Positions 1 to 13,554 of a stretch of DNA of 64,000 bases are shown here, piece by piece. The notes beneath the pieces were generated by a model. It was not told where the DNA came from and made no database searches. It was given only the letters and a program-made list of their open reading frames with translations. Source of the DNA: Eledone cirrhosa (lineage: Eukaryota); the NCBI GenBank assembly GCA_964016885.1, contig OZ024743.1, forward strand, positions 151,094,001-151,158,000, read 5' to 3'. Position numbers and translations under genes: made by a program. The first letter of the stretch is position 1. Every line of letters begins with the position of its first letter.

Positions 1-321
1 TATGAGAGAATTTGTTAGGCAGAAATTGTATGAAGTGAATACTGTGTGTATTTGCATGTTTGTTCTTTTCATTTTCGCATGTGATGCTGTAAGTCACAGT
101 CTGTGACCACTCATCCAACCCATGCAAGCATGAAAATGGATGTAAAATGATGACAATGATGATAATGATTTTTTAAATTCTATAACTACTCTCATTGGTT
201 TACAGGGAAGTGGGTTTTAATCACAGCTTGGAGATTTTTTCATGTAGTGTATCTTGGCCAAGACAGCCTGGTGAAATGTGCTTTTTCTGAACTATAATTA
301 TAGGAGAATTAGAAATTAGTA

Positions 322-553
322 CATAACCTTTTTGTTACCATATTTCTTAAGAAACACACTGCCTATTATTATCAAATAATTTAGAAAATAATCAAGAATA
401 ATATAACTGAATTTCTCTTTATTAAGAGGGATTTGGGAACACAACTTATCAAAGGTTTCTACATAAAATTATGATGAAAGATTTAAATTTAAATGTAGGC
501 ACTTTAAAATATACAAAACATGGGCAGTTTCAGTTTGGTATTAAAAGGGTTAA
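322..553. mobile_element. piggyBac-type MITE (family 2); related decayed copies near 48862-49040, 57300-57535 and 57787-58015
   Basis: Ends TAACCTTTTTGTTACCA ... TGGTATTAAAAGGGTTAA (imperfect TIR with a TTAA-like target). Confidence 0.5.
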
Positions 554-597
554 GACTAACAAAATACTCAAAGCTAACAACAACAACAAAAATGTAC

Positions 598-762
598 CAT
601 GGATGGGTAACAATCAGAAATATTCTTTTCATTCTCGTCATTGAGAGAAGACAACCATTCAAGCAAGATTTCTTTAGTAACACCGGTTATTTTGTGTTGA
701 AAATAGATATCTGGTGGAGTTCCAAATATATTTTCATTTCCATTCCTTCTTGAAACAGACAT
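598..762 (-). CDS. CNTD1: Probable first coding exon of a cyclin N-terminal domain-containing protein 1 (CNTD1/COSA-1-like) gene; the gene continues left of the window
   Basis: Exon 598-776 has an acceptor (caatttag) and a phase-0 GT donor. The peptide MSVSRRNGNENIFGTPPDIYFQHKITGVTKEILLEWLSSLNDENEKNISDCYPSM aligns by eye with the CNTD1 N-terminus as I recall it (GVVATETIEDALLHLAQQNEQAV). The identity comes from memory, not a search. Confidence 0.55.
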
Positions 763-1077
763 ATTTTCTTTATTTTCTAAATTGAGAAATAGCAAATATA
801 AATGGATTTTAATGTAGACATGGCATAAAGGAATATGCAAGAATAATGACTTAAGTATAAAAGATGAGAAGGGTATATTGTTTGTAAAATAAAACAAATA
901 TCATAATTATAAGGAAGAATTAAATGATTGATTTGAAAATATAACCAAAAAATACAAAGTATCTGATATATGTGTGTATAAACACACATGTAAACAAAAA
1001 ATACAAACAATCTGATATATATCTCTATATATACAGGTGTATACTTATTTTTATATATATTAATAAAAGATCGGAGG

Positions 1078-1130
<53 letters not shown>

Positions 1131-2251
1131 TATACTCATGGAAATTTGAATAATTTTATACACATATATACAATATATAAGCACACATATATGTATATAG
1201 AAATTCAAACACATTTTTATAAGCATAAATTATTTACATATATATGCATGCATATATAGAATGCATACATGTATATATTTACCAACATATATGTTTGTTT
1301 CCACATACACATGTATACATGTGTGTGTGTATGTATACACAAATATACATGTACAAGTATACATATATAGATCTATACACATACATTTATATGTGTGTGT
1401 GTGTATATATACATTACACATTTTAAGTATGTAAGTATATACATATACACGCATACAAATGCAGGTGCATACTTGTGTGTGTATAGAAAGGGGATGTAAC
1501 CAACTCCCATGTGTTTGTAAACCTTTATTTATAAAGAAGTCCGTGGGGATTTTGACATGAAGACAGTTACATGATAAATTCAAATGTATAGCTAGATGCA
1601 TAGAGCTAGTATTCATTTGTGTTCTGTGTGCTTTAAACCTTATTTGCTTCAGGACAACAGGAGTAATAAACCAGTAATATTTCTTCGATTGGAGAAAATG
1701 TTGAAGAGATGTCACAATTCTTATTGAAAGAAAGAACAGAAAGATAAAGAAATCAAGAAAGAAAAGAAAAATTAAAAAAAGATACTAAAAATTTATTGAA
1801 TTCTTGAAGTTAAGGGAAATCTCATTAAAATACTTTCAGACTTGAAATATATTAAAAACGTAAGCAGTAAAAAAAGGGAGGGAAGAAATATATATTGAGT
1901 TAAAAGAAAAATTTATAAAACACAGATACAATTCTAAAAATTGACAGAAGATGTCTAAATATGTCCTTTTTTGTGTAACTGAGTTACAAGACATGAAAAT
2001 AAAAAATATAAAATGGGGTGTGGAACAGAAAATACATAAATAACAAAGTAGAAGAAAATGCAATTTATTTAGATTTCTTTAATGATGGCACACATCATCT
2101 TACTGAAAAGGAACACATACGTATGTAACTTTTTAAATAGACAGATAGATACATTTATACATGCCTACATCAGTGAGCATGTGTATGGCTGAGTGCATAT
2201 AAACATCTATATGAGTCTGTGTAGGCGTGTTTATACATATCCATCTATTTA

Positions 2252-2306
<55 letters not shown>

Positions 2307-3429
2307 GCACATGAAGAATGTAGCAGGGGAGTATTTATGAACAAATATATGCATGTATATGATGGTACACACACACACAGATATATATATATACATATAT
2401 ATAATATATATATATATACACACACACAAACAAACAAATTAAATAGACAAATGAATTAAAAACATTTTTTACATCGAGAGAGAGATAATCACAAATTTCA
2501 ACATTAATATTTTGTACAATTCTAGAAATTAACTAACTTGTTTGTATGTTGAAGAAATTAAGAAAATAAATTACAGAATTCTAGATACATAATTTTTTTA
2601 AATGTTAGATTACATCGATATAATCTAATAAAGAGAGAATATTACAAGTGATAAAATCTTGTATCTAATCTAAGGTTGATTAAAAATAAAATGTTTATGA
2701 GCAAAATAAGGTTTTGTTTTAAGAACCAGGTCAGTTTTTATTGAGGAGCTGACAGATGACCATAGGTATTCCAGCCATGACTAACACGTCTTTCATTACA
2801 CATAGTGTATCTGATATCACATTATCTAGTGTGTTGTTCTTTTAGTATGGTAGGATGTGATTTGTTGAAGATTTGGTTCTAACTTCTAGCAGGACGAGTG
2901 ACCACATAGAAACTCATTCACATACACACCTCGTTGTTTGGCTCAGGTCAACTCTGATCGAATAGACATGATCAAAATATTGCTATCATGAATTATTTCA
3001 GTTTAGACAAAAAAAAACTTTTCCACAGCACCAACCAGCTGAACTCCCTTCCTGAGAACTGTGTTTTGAGGGGCTCTGCTGGAGTCAGCAGCAACACACA
3101 CAACTACATGTTGCTACCTACCAAAAGAAGAATTAGACCAAATACACAAAACGAAGTTGAAACACAGGCTTGAATTGAAAGAATGGCTATAAATTTACAA
3201 TCATTACCACTTTAATATTTGCTAAATTTTCTTACAATCTTACTTTTATCATTTCCCCTTTCACCAAAGAAGCCGCTGCTACAAGTACTGTTAAACATAA
3301 ATGAGTCCCCTAGTTTGTTTCTTTTGTAAATCCTATAAATCCGTGAAACATATAAATATACACAAGGTCCGAACACAAAAGAACCAAACTCCCACTGTCA
3401 CTGCCTCCATCTTTCACACTCTCCCATCT

Positions 3430-4847
3430 CTCACTATTGTGAGCAAATGGAGGCCCCCATTGCTGGTTGCCCTGCGGCCCCAGTGGACAGAATGGAGAAG
3501 GCGTTTCCGTGGATGGTTAGGGAAATGTTTGGAAGAGTCATTCCACCTTGTGAGGCTCACACCTGTGGGTAGCCAGCTCTGTGCCGATGGTGGTGAGCAG
3601 GGAGTTCTCCACTGCCACGGGCCCGACCGCAAACCTGGAGAACAACCAATATTTGGAGAGTTTACTCTCCTCAGCCTGAAGTACAGCAGAGCCTGGGTTA
3701 GTTGCAGACTGCACCAGGTTGCTGCTGGATAATATGTTGCTGCATGTGATATCCCAGAATAGGAAGATAGTCATGCCATCCCCTCAGTCCAGCCCTGCTG
3801 GCACGAGCTGGGAGGGGAAGCCTGCAGTCTCCAAGCTATGCTTTATGACCTCATTGAGAGAAACATGGCGTATTCCAACAAGGAGGTTGTTGAAGTTCTT
3901 CTACAATGGAGAGAGCTGGTTTTGTCTTTTCCTGACACAGTAGAGGTCAAATGGAGACAGAGAGTTTGGGACAACATGCATTTGAAGGCTACCTTTGACT
4001 CTCTCTTCGACTAATCAGATCAGTTCTCAAGGTGCCACCTACTGTCTGCTAGCATCAGATTCTCAGGAGACTGGGTTGAATCCCTACCCATGGCCAACAT
4101 CAGTGGCCTACTCAGCTTGGACAAGCTTTGTGTCTCCATTGCCCTTAGAGTGGGAACCAATCTCTGTATAGGACTGAAATGTCAGTGCGGTAGGCTTCTT
4201 GACTCCACAGGCTTTCACGGCCTATCTTTGTGTCACACTGAACTAAACCTCATCATAAAGAGGGCTTTGGCTCAGGCAAACATCCTCTCAATTTTGGAAC
4301 CACCTGGGTTGTTTAGAATTAATGGGAAAAGGCTTGATGGTCTTACCCTGTGCCCCTGGATAAGAGGCAGGTGTCTTATCTGAGATGTCACAGTTAGTGA
4401 CTATTTTGCTTCTTCCCACATCCTGGATGCTGCAGTTAGGGTGAGAACTACTTCTTCTGTAGCCGAATGGTACAATATTCTGAGATACCGAAATCTGTCA
4501 GTTAACAACCTTTTCTAGCCTGTGGGGTTGGGCCGCTGTCTGCAAGGTTCTTGTCATCACTGGTGATGCTCATGAGGGCGCTTGGCTGTTCCAGCGCATC
4601 AGACTCACCATCACCCAAGGTAATGCTGCGAGTGTGCAGGCTTGCCTCAGATATTATTAGAGAGGTTCCAGTGCTCCTCGCGATTTCGTTTTCTTTTGTT
4701 ATGGCAGCAGTTCGTTTGTACAACCCTTTCGCTTGTCTTTCGATGTCCGAGATGTGTAGTACCTGTTTTCTGTTGTTGTTTTTTTATATTTGTAATATTG
4801 TTTATACAATTGTGAATAAAACTTGTAACGCATAAAATAAAAAAAAG
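3430..4847 (+). mobile_element. Decayed CRE-clade non-LTR retrotransposon (RT thumb to RLE, A-rich tail)
   Basis: Peptides LPMANISGLLSLDKLCVSIALRVG..CQCG..GFHGLS, HTELNLIIKRAL..LEPPGL..GKRLDGLTLCPW..GRCLI, and AWLFQRI..I.QGNAASV. Contains stops and deletions. Same family as 18842-24560. Confidence 0.85.
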
Positions 4848-6179
4848 TCAACCACATCGACTTTACACGGCTCAATGACTTTCGTTATAGACGTCATCAC
4901 TCTTGAAGTGGAAGAAAAAAAAAAGCTGTGGGCTTTCAGGAAAAAGACCACACCTTCGTATCGAAAAAATGAATTTATGAATTTTTTCCTTATTTGTATG
5001 TTTTGCCAAAATTGTAATCTCCTAAGATAAAATTCAAGGAAAAAAGATGTTTAAAAATCTGATTTTGATATTTCTTTTTTACAGAACCCTAATTTCCAAT
5101 GTATAAGGCAGAAATCTGAAGAAATTTTCAAGAAATAAAATAAATAAAGACAATGGAGTCTGCTTATTCTAACTCTCTCCCACTCCTCGAAAAGAAAAGA
5201 GCGTAAATGGCTGAGAATTCAAGACATACATCCACCAGGTTACCCTCGGCCAGAATCAACCTCAAAGAGCAAGTGACAAAGTTTCTGTCTTGCACGGGTC
5301 GAGTTGACCAGAGGCTATGGCAGATGACATTGCGCCAAGCTACCGTGCAGTGATATCGAACGCAGCACTTCATTACTGCCAAATGAATAAACAACGATGC
5401 TCTTGCTTGATAAAGAAACTTTAGTAGCGGCCAACCATATCTCCACTAAATCATATATTACCCATCTTTAAAATGGAAGGATACGCGGATAATATAGTCA
5501 TGGATGTAATGTTTGAAAATAGAATATAATGGTCATGGCTGGAATACTTTTTATCAGAGGTTTGGTCAATCAAGGTTGGCCCGGGGTTAAACGACAATGA
5601 CACCATTAACTCAAAATGTTGTCGCTAATAATACTTTTGTCTTTGTTGTTGTGAGTTGAGTTTTTGTTATCAAAACAATTATTTTTAAAATCGTTGTTTT
5701 TGCTTAAACCTTAAGGTGACATTTTTTGATGGACAACTATTTGGGTGGACATTCTCTGACCAATTAATATGTTAAAGACGGCACAAATAATAAATAGTAT
5801 AGTTACAAAATACTTTATACCTTGAAAACGTGTTGCTACAATTTTAAAATGCAAGAAAATGTTTTATTTTTAATAGAATGCATACAAATAAACATACTTT
5901 ATATTTCTAAAAAATAAAAAAAAAAGGCGGGGGTGAAGTGAGAGAAGACATGCACACTCAATTACACGCCAAAACAACTTTTAAATTACTTGAAATCAGA
6001 TATGCCATAAAAAAAAAAATTAAAACGTTTTCTCTCTCTCTATATATATATATATGTATACACACTCACACACACATATATATATATATGTATAGTAGGA
6101 ATATGTTCAATTCAAAGAGTGTTTTTAAATATTAGTCGTTTTTGTTTATTTGTAGTATCTAATTTAAAGTGAAACTTAC

Positions 6180-6250
6180 CAAATAATGCTGTTTTTATCT
6201 TCTCGACAAGTGACTTTCAACACAATGGAGAATATCAATGAAGCAGACGA
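6180..6250 (-). other. Candidate 5'UTR exon of the minus-strand (CNTD1-like) gene
   Basis: Acceptor cgtacag and donor G|GTAAG on the - strand; no ATG-initiated ORF. Confidence 0.45.
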
Positions 6251-6531
6251 CTGTACGTTTAGAAGATTTATTTTCGCACAAAAAATAAATGATAAGGATT
6301 AAAAAATAAAGAATAGACAAGATGTCATTAAAAACGATTTAAAATATTTCAATTGCTTACATATGATTATAGACTGTTGAACTTTGAATCTAAAAAGAAA
6401 GTAGTTCAATAAAGTCTATTTCAGTCAAATGTTGATTGATGTCTGTTTTCAGGATTAAAGAGGATAAATTCTCAAAGATAGCCTAATGAATTATAATTTT
6501 AACACCGGACTTCTGTAAACGAATAGCTTAC

Positions 6532-6700
6532 CTTGTTTGACGTGATTGTACTGCACAATTACAAGAATGGAATAATGGACATTTAATAACAACGTAACAG
6601 AAATACTTTTATTTACTTTATCAATTACTATTCTGACTTGTTGATCCAAAATGGAGGAATTATGTCTGTCACCATTGTAAACTCCTTTAAATGAAAAATA
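6532..6700 (-). promoter_or_regulatory. Candidate first exon / promoter region of the minus-strand gene
   Basis: Strong donor AAG|GTAAGC at 6531 (-), local CpG retention, and a YY1-like AAAATGG motif at about 6648. The left boundary is fixed by the donor; the right boundary is approximate. Confidence 0.4.
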
Positions 6701-7769
6701 TCAGGGCGTGATCAACATAAAATTTCATGTGTACATTAATAGTAATCGTTGAAATTGTTTGTATGTTTTCAAAATAAAATTGTATTGCCACGTTTTACGC
6801 CAATGTCTACATTTATCTTTAGTAATGTAAAGGAGAGAGTCTCTTGCTTGACCTGCTAGAAATAGCAACCAAGTTCTCCCACCTCCCTGTCTTAAAAAAG
6901 AAGAGATACATCGATCAATGTAGTCATAGATATACGAAAAGGCAAGATGGTCACGAGTGAAATATCTTTGCTTATAGAATTATACAACCAGATCTCATCT
7001 TGTGTTAACAATTATTCCTTGTCGGATGACTGGGAAAATAACAGAAACTACTACTTCATGAATAGACAAACAATAAAGTGGGCACAAAATATTTAATGTA
7101 GTGGGCTAATAAATGAAAATCACATGCTTAAAGAAGCATTATCTTGATTAAATTTTGGTCAAGAAAACCAGGGAAGACAACCCCAGAATTTATATTGATT
7201 CAAAATTAAGAATAGAAAGAAGTAGGGAATGAGTCTAATCTTTGGCAATATGGTAGCAACTCTTGGCATGTTTTGGTCTTATTAAACATCATCAGTGAAG
7301 CCTAACCTTTCCCACTAGATATTAGAATGACTTCAGAGATATGTTATAAATAAACAGTTATATGTTAATCAAAAAGAATAATTGAAGGGAAAATACCCAG
7401 GAATGCCTGCTGCTTGAAAAACAACTAGTAAAGTGGGCTGTAACATACTTAATATATAAGACAATGCATTTTAATTAATTAAAATTACACTGCAATGGCA
7501 TAGAAAATAATTTTCTTAATGATTAATTCTGGCCAAGAAGGATGTAAGAATCTCAGTCAAATATGGTACAAAGGGGAAAAGCATAATTCCCCGACCTCAT
7601 GGGATGTCTCTCTGGCTTATCTTCTCCAGAATTCAGTATATCCTTGGTCCTTAAGCACCCAGCCCAAGTCTACTCTATTGCCAGAAAATGTCCCCATGTG
7701 GTCAATATGCATGGAACAAAAAAATCTATGGCCTGCTTCCCTAGCTTTCATTTACCAAGAGAGCAAGAA

Positions 7770-9250
7770 AGTCTCAAACACCTCTGCTACTTCCTGCCTT
7801 TACTCCCGTGATCTCACAGCCCCCTGCTACTTCCAGCAAGGATCTCAGGCCCAATGACATCACTGGCCTTTATACTTCCAGCAAGGCTCCAACTCCACAT
7901 GCTTGCCTGATCTCAAAGATCATCACATCAACTCACTCCATGAGAAAATCCACCATACATCCGAGTCCCCTATGTTCCCGCTGTGACCGCCTCAGAGCTG
8001 GGACGCTGCTCACATCCTCTCATTCTTTGTTATTGTCCATCAAATTAACAATCCTGTAGACATCCAGGTCTTGACACATCATTTCATCCACAGACACGTT
8101 TCAGGAATTTATGACTGTTACTGCTCCCTTCCTCATCCAGACTTCCTCTCTGACTTGTACGAATGCAGTTCCTCTCCCTTCAACAGGTCACTCTATGTGT
8201 CACTGATTCTTTGACCTAACCTGACCAAGGTGACATGTTACACCAAAACCCTGCCTCAATTGGTGATATATGTCCCCTCTACACCATGACCTTGATTGTG
8301 CGATGGTGTCTCTCTACGATCCCATTTTCATTTGGCCTATACACTGCTCTGAAGAAGCAGTTCACATTCCACTTTTCAACCATCCACAGAGCCCTACTAA
8401 ACGAATATTTTGTGGAATTTTATCCGCAATCCCTGTTATTATTTCCTTCCATATTACCATCTGCCCTGGTCCACAATCAACCATCAAGAGATTTGTCCCC
8501 TGACAGTAGTGTATCACATTCACTACCAGTCATTTCCAGTTGTGTTCCACGGGGATGTTTCCTGTCTCATGCAGGGTTGATAGATTGATACTTGTCACAG
8601 CTCCCAACCATTTTCTGCATGCTCTGTCTGATAACATTGGAGTCCATTTTCCTGACTAGGAACAGGGTCCTATCCATTCCTATGTGATGCATAATATGCA
8701 GTCTCTTTAGCTCTGAGTCATTCAACTGACACACTGCAGTTACCCCAACTCAGAATCCTCTGTCACTTCCAGAACGTCTGCCATATTCTTTTCTGAGGGC
8801 ATGAAGACCACACTCAGCTTCAGGTCAAAATTCAGTGGTGAGCTCTCCCAGAATTCCCATGTTGCGCTTTATTAACATCTCTGCTGCCTCTTTCATTCAT
8901 ACTCTGCTCTCATTGGTAATTACTAATCTTACCTATCCAAGTACAATGGCTGTATCAGTTTGGATTTCGATATGTGGCCTAACCTCGTTTTTTATCAGCT
9001 TCACTACTGCCATTAGTGGCAACACTCTACTCTTTACCTCCTTCTTCCAGGGGATTAAAATACCCTTCTCGATCCATCTTTCCACCTCTCCTTCAAACTC
9101 ACTTCTGGTATCTCCTTTCGGGGTATGCTGATAGCAGCTCACCTTATTACTTAATGTTGGGGCATCTCCCTTCCAGTACCACTCAAGTGTCTACCATTGA
9201 CCATTAAACACAGCCTGAAAATCCTTGTCTTTAATGGTGTGTGCACATTA
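7770..9250 (-). mobile_element. Decayed Gypsy-type LTR retrotransposon pol remnant (RT N-terminus, integrase, part of the 3' LTR)
   Basis: FEGEVERWIEKGILIPW..VLPLMAVV..KNEVRP (RT start), HHIGMDRTLFLVRK..C..QSINPA (integrase zinc-binding region) and LRRSQR near the end. Many stops. Confidence 0.7.
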
Positions 9251-9269
9251 AAGTAAGTGAGTACATTAA

Positions 9270-9880
9270 AGTACATGAGTAAACAATGAGGAAATACAAA
9301 GACCTTATCTGTGAGCTGACAAAAGAGAGGTATCAGTGCAAAATGTAGCCATTGGAAGTTAGCACACAAGGATTTGTCACAGCTTCCATGTACCAATCAC
9401 TAGGTCAGCTCAAAATCAAAGGTGAAAAAAGAATAGTAATGATCAAACACCTATCAGAGACTGCTGAGAATAGCTCAATGTGGCTATGGTCAAAGAGGAA
9501 TGACAGCTGGAGCTAATATATTATACATCAAGCCACTAAAAATAGATTGCTGCTAAAATAGATATTCCCCATTAGGTTGAAAACCCAGGTTTAGTAGGTT
9601 TAAATATATATAAAGTGTTAATTCTACTGATGTTTGTGGCTGATCGGTGTAACCCATAGGAACGAGAAACAAGATCCAAGATTACTAGAAGGCCCAGATT
9701 CATAACCTGATAGAAGATAAAAATCAGCAGGAGGACACCTAGGGTCATGATCTAGGTGGGCCCAGCTCTCTTAGAGTGTCAGGAGGTTCCAAGAGCTGAA
9801 ACACTTGCTTGATGACAGTTCTCCTCTAAAGATCCTCCTGCTGACCACTCGCCCCATCATGAGTTTCTGCCTTCCACATG
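9270..9880 (+). mobile_element. 3' fragment of a Hero-clade RLE non-LTR retrotransposon
   Basis: KYKDLICELTKERYQCK..PLEVSTQGFV..LSETAENSSMWLWSKRNDSWS* fits the Hero C-terminus pattern (PxEVGxRGF ... AExxSxWLW), followed by a 3'UTR. Confidence 0.7.
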
Positions 9881-10679
9881 AACATAAACATGTTATTCAA
9901 TATATCAAAATAAAAACAATCTAATATCTGCTTTGGGTTTCAATTTGTTTGGAGTTTTTTCTTTGTCCTTCTTTTACATGCCTTCCTAGTACACGCTGGT
10001 ATATTGTTCCATTGTTGTAGGAACAGAAGTGTTTTAATGTCTCTTGTGCACAGTGTTATATCTCAAAAGATGTTATTTGCAATTGTTACTACTTTCACAG
10101 CACACATTAAAAGTGATCAGTAATTATTGTATCCTTCTCTCTCTCCTTTAAATAAATCTCAAATGGAAATATATGTGTCCAAAAGACTTGGTCACTGTTT
10201 CATTTTCCTCATTTCTATAATCAAGGCACAATGCTTTATTTAGTAAACAGTTATCATTGGATTGGCAATCTTAGTTAGAGCGTCAGACACCATGCTTCGT
10301 AGCATATGGTTATGCCCCTTTACCTTCTGAGTTCAAATCCCGCCGAGGTTAACTTTGCCTTTCATCCTTACGGGATCAATAAAATAAAACACCAGTAATG
10401 CACTGGGGTTGATTTAATCGACTTTCTTCTCCCCCAAAATAGTTGGCCTTTTGCTTAACCCTTTAGCATTCACATTACTCTATATTAATAATAATAATAA
10501 TAATAATAATGAAATATTGTGTACAGTGCTCAGGTGCACTCATCAAAAAGTGTATGTATAGTACATAGGGTAATGTACAAACGTCAGGAAAATGAACAGT
10601 GCATGAGTCATGATACACACATGTGTGCATGTGTATGGAAGGGGTACATCAGGTGTAAATGTTCATGTTGAAAAAGAGT

Positions 10680-11292
10680 CTGTCTGAACGAGAATTTCAC
10701 ATGTGCGTGTGTTCGATTCTGTGTCTGCAAATTTTTCCTAGTTTGTTAAAGTTTGCTGCGTATTCGAAATGTAGGTCGACACATTCCAACGAAAATGGGG
10801 TACTGCTAATTAATTTTTTTATATATATTCACACAACACCAGATCCTATCATTTTTTTTCTTTTTTCGGGGTCACCACTTATAACAAATTACTGGTGTGT
10901 ATGAATATAACAAAACACTAGGTTGTGTATATAACGTTTAATTAACAATTTGAGGTTATGTAGAACAGTATAGTTGACATGTCAATGAGTAGTAGATGAA
11001 AGAATGAAGTAAAGTTATTTGTTAGCGTTTTGAAGTTAGCTCGCAAGAGGCCATGTTAGGGTTGCCAGACGAACGCGCCTGGCCGAAGGGCCAGGCAGGT
11101 TAGAAGACCAGGAGCCGAAAGGCAAATGAAGGTAGAGAGCTGAAAGTTATTCCCTTTATAGGTCCTGAGATGGAAGTGACAAAAAGGGCTCTGCCACCCC
11201 CAACTGGAAGCAACTCCAACTACTTCCTGTCTAGAGAGCGTTACTCTATTGGTGATGTGATCGTCACAACAAGGGAGGCAACTCTTGCTACA
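10680..11292 (-). mobile_element. Older LTR (about 10879-11292) plus tRNA-Trp PBS and partial internal region; a relative of the TRIM at 22904
   Basis: On the - strand it begins TGTAGCAAGAGTTGCCTCCCTTGTT and ends ..CCAGTAATTTGTTATA, followed by TGGTGACCCCGA. Shares motifs with the 22904 LTR. Confidence 0.75.
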
Positions 11293-11365
11293 TATGTAAA
11301 GAGAAATATATATAAATTGGAGAGAAAATATATGGCCTAAGATTTATGACTTCAAACTGACTTAA

Positions 11366-11574
11366 CCCTTTAGCATTTAAACTGGCCATATCCAGCCAGA
11401 ATTCTCTCACCTCATTCTGTTCAGACCAGCTGTAACCAGCTGCTCATACTTGCATTAAGGTATTGTTCTCAAAAATAAATAATATCAAAATCTCATAGAT
11501 TCGATATTATGTAAGATAAAGCCTTTACCACAAAAATACAATTGTATATATAGAGTAATGTGAATGCTAAAGAG
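11366..11574. mobile_element. piggyBac-type MITE (family 1)
   Basis: TTAA|CCCTTTAGCATT ... AATGCTAAAGAG|TTAA. Confidence 0.8.
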
Positions 11575-12246
11575 TTAAACATGATCAACAAGAAGAAATG
11601 AAAAAGTGACAACAATTATTCATTATCATCATCATCACTTTTTAACATTAATTTTTCCATGTTAGCATGGGTTAGATGAGTTGTCTTGTTGCGAGATAAG
11701 ACAGATCGGGTGACCAAGACTTGTTAATACACAACTGATTTTAGCTTGGTTTCTATGGCTGGATGCCTTTCCTAATGCCAACCACATTAATTATTATATT
11801 AAATAAAAGGAAAATGATTCCTGTGAAATTTACAATTTCATGATAATACATTATATTTGGGTTATGTTCTACTCAGTAATGTGATGTCATCTCATAATAT
11901 CTTCATTTCCTTTATCAAAAAAATATTGCTGTAGGAAAAGGGGGATTTTGTAAGCTCTCCTAGACTGTTGTGAGGAAGAAAAAATAACTGGCATTCAAAT
12001 AATGAGAATTACTTGAATATGCCAAGATTCATTTGATCTATAGCCCACATAGTCTGTTTTCCATCCCACCCAATCTCATCATCATTCAGTTTCATCTGAT
12101 TTAATGTCTTCTTTATTTGTCACAAGCATTGAACGTTTTGGTAGCCTCTTTCAAAGCATCTCTCCAGAGTGTTCGTTCCAGGAATATGTTATGGTCCAGG
12201 TTTCAGATCATCCTTGATTATCTCTTCCCAGGTCTAAATTAGAGGA

Positions 12247-12530
12247 AGGTGCATGGCCTAGCAGTAAGGGTGTTGGACCTACGATCATAATGTCATGGGT
12301 TTGATTCCTGGACTAGGCTGTGTGTTGTGTTCTTAAGCAAAACACTTCGTTTCACATTGCTCCAGTATACTCAGCTGAAAATGAGTACCAGCAGAAGCTG
12401 AGAGTTTAACACTGATGGATTGGTATCCTGTCCAGAAGGGAGTCATGTACTCTGAGTTGCTTAACACCACGGTAAACAGAATAAGCACCAGTCTGATGAG
12501 CCTTCAGGTTTGAGACAGACTTTAGACTTC
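12247..12530 (+). mobile_element. tRNA-derived SINE with CORE-like middle (second copy at about 52068-52270)
   Basis: A-box-like TGGCCTAGCAGT and B-box-like GGTTTGATTCC, then TTGTGTTCTTAAGCAAAACACTT..TTGCTCCAG..CTCAGCTG. Confidence 0.7.
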
Positions 12531-13554
12531 TTGATAGGAGCATTACATAGTTTCATTTTCTTGACTGCTTCCAGGATTGCATCTTCTGATACATACATGG
12601 CTGGGTCTTCATATTGAATAAATACTTCTTTCAATTTATTATTATTACTGCTAAATGCAGACCTCTCAAGTTCCTCTGAATTCCAGAAAGTTACTGCTGT
12701 GTATTCAGGATTACATTATCCTAATTAAGCATAACTATAGTTTAGTGTCCCTTACTAAAGTTGTTTCTTAATAGTGCATACTTTTTAATGAAATTTTTCA
12801 GAGATATATTTATTATGTTGATGAAATAAAGAAAGTAAAAAAAAAAAAGAGAGAGAGAACATTATCAAATAGTTCCCACTCTTTAAAGCTTTCATTTATT
12901 GAATACTAAGCTCATAAAAAAAATATTATTATTATTTAATTGCATCAACAATATAGTAATATACCTTCGAAAACGTATCTCTGCAAAATTCTATAAAATA
13001 AAAAAAAACCTTATCAAAAAAGTTATGAGGAAATGTAATTAAGCTTCTTGTTATTTGTCTCATCGGCAGAGTATCAGACACCATGCTTTACAGCATAGAG
13101 TTATGGCCCTTTGCGTTCTGAGTTCCAATCTCGCCGAGGTTAGCTTTGTCTTTCATCCTTACGGGGTAGATAAAATAATGCACCAGTAATGCATTGGAGT
13201 AATTTCTGGCCTTGTGCCAGAAGTAAAAACATTACTTGTCTACCTCCTCCATATTAGATGGTAAGGTGTGATTTGAGGGAAATGTGGCTGCTATTTCTAG
13301 CAGGTCAAACGATCGGTGTAAGAAATAATGAACGAAAAAAAATTTTTTGATCAACAAACTATACAAATAACGATTTAACATCCAGATTGCGTAATTGACT
13401 GTGCATTTCCTCTTCCTTTTCTCTTTTTTTCTGACTTTTATGTTTTGTTTTGTTTTATTTTTGTAAATCATACATAATGTACATAATTTGTAAAATTGAA
13501 AAGCAGCAATTACCTCCCTTACAACTTAAATTTAGTAGTAGACTTTACTGTTAA

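Noticed and set aside
5164-5394. 76-aa minus-strand ORF
   Set aside because: Overlaps a decayed SINE-like repeat; no splice or homology support.
12492-12520. CTGATGAG..hairpin resembling a hammerhead
   Set aside because: It is followed by GAGAC rather than GAAA, and it is the ordinary 3' part of a SINE.
9980-12760. Possible plus-strand exons near 9980-10110 and 12661-12730, and minus-strand exons near 31330-31540
   Set aside because: Plausible acceptors, but I could not build a consistent spliced ORF or a recognisable peptide.
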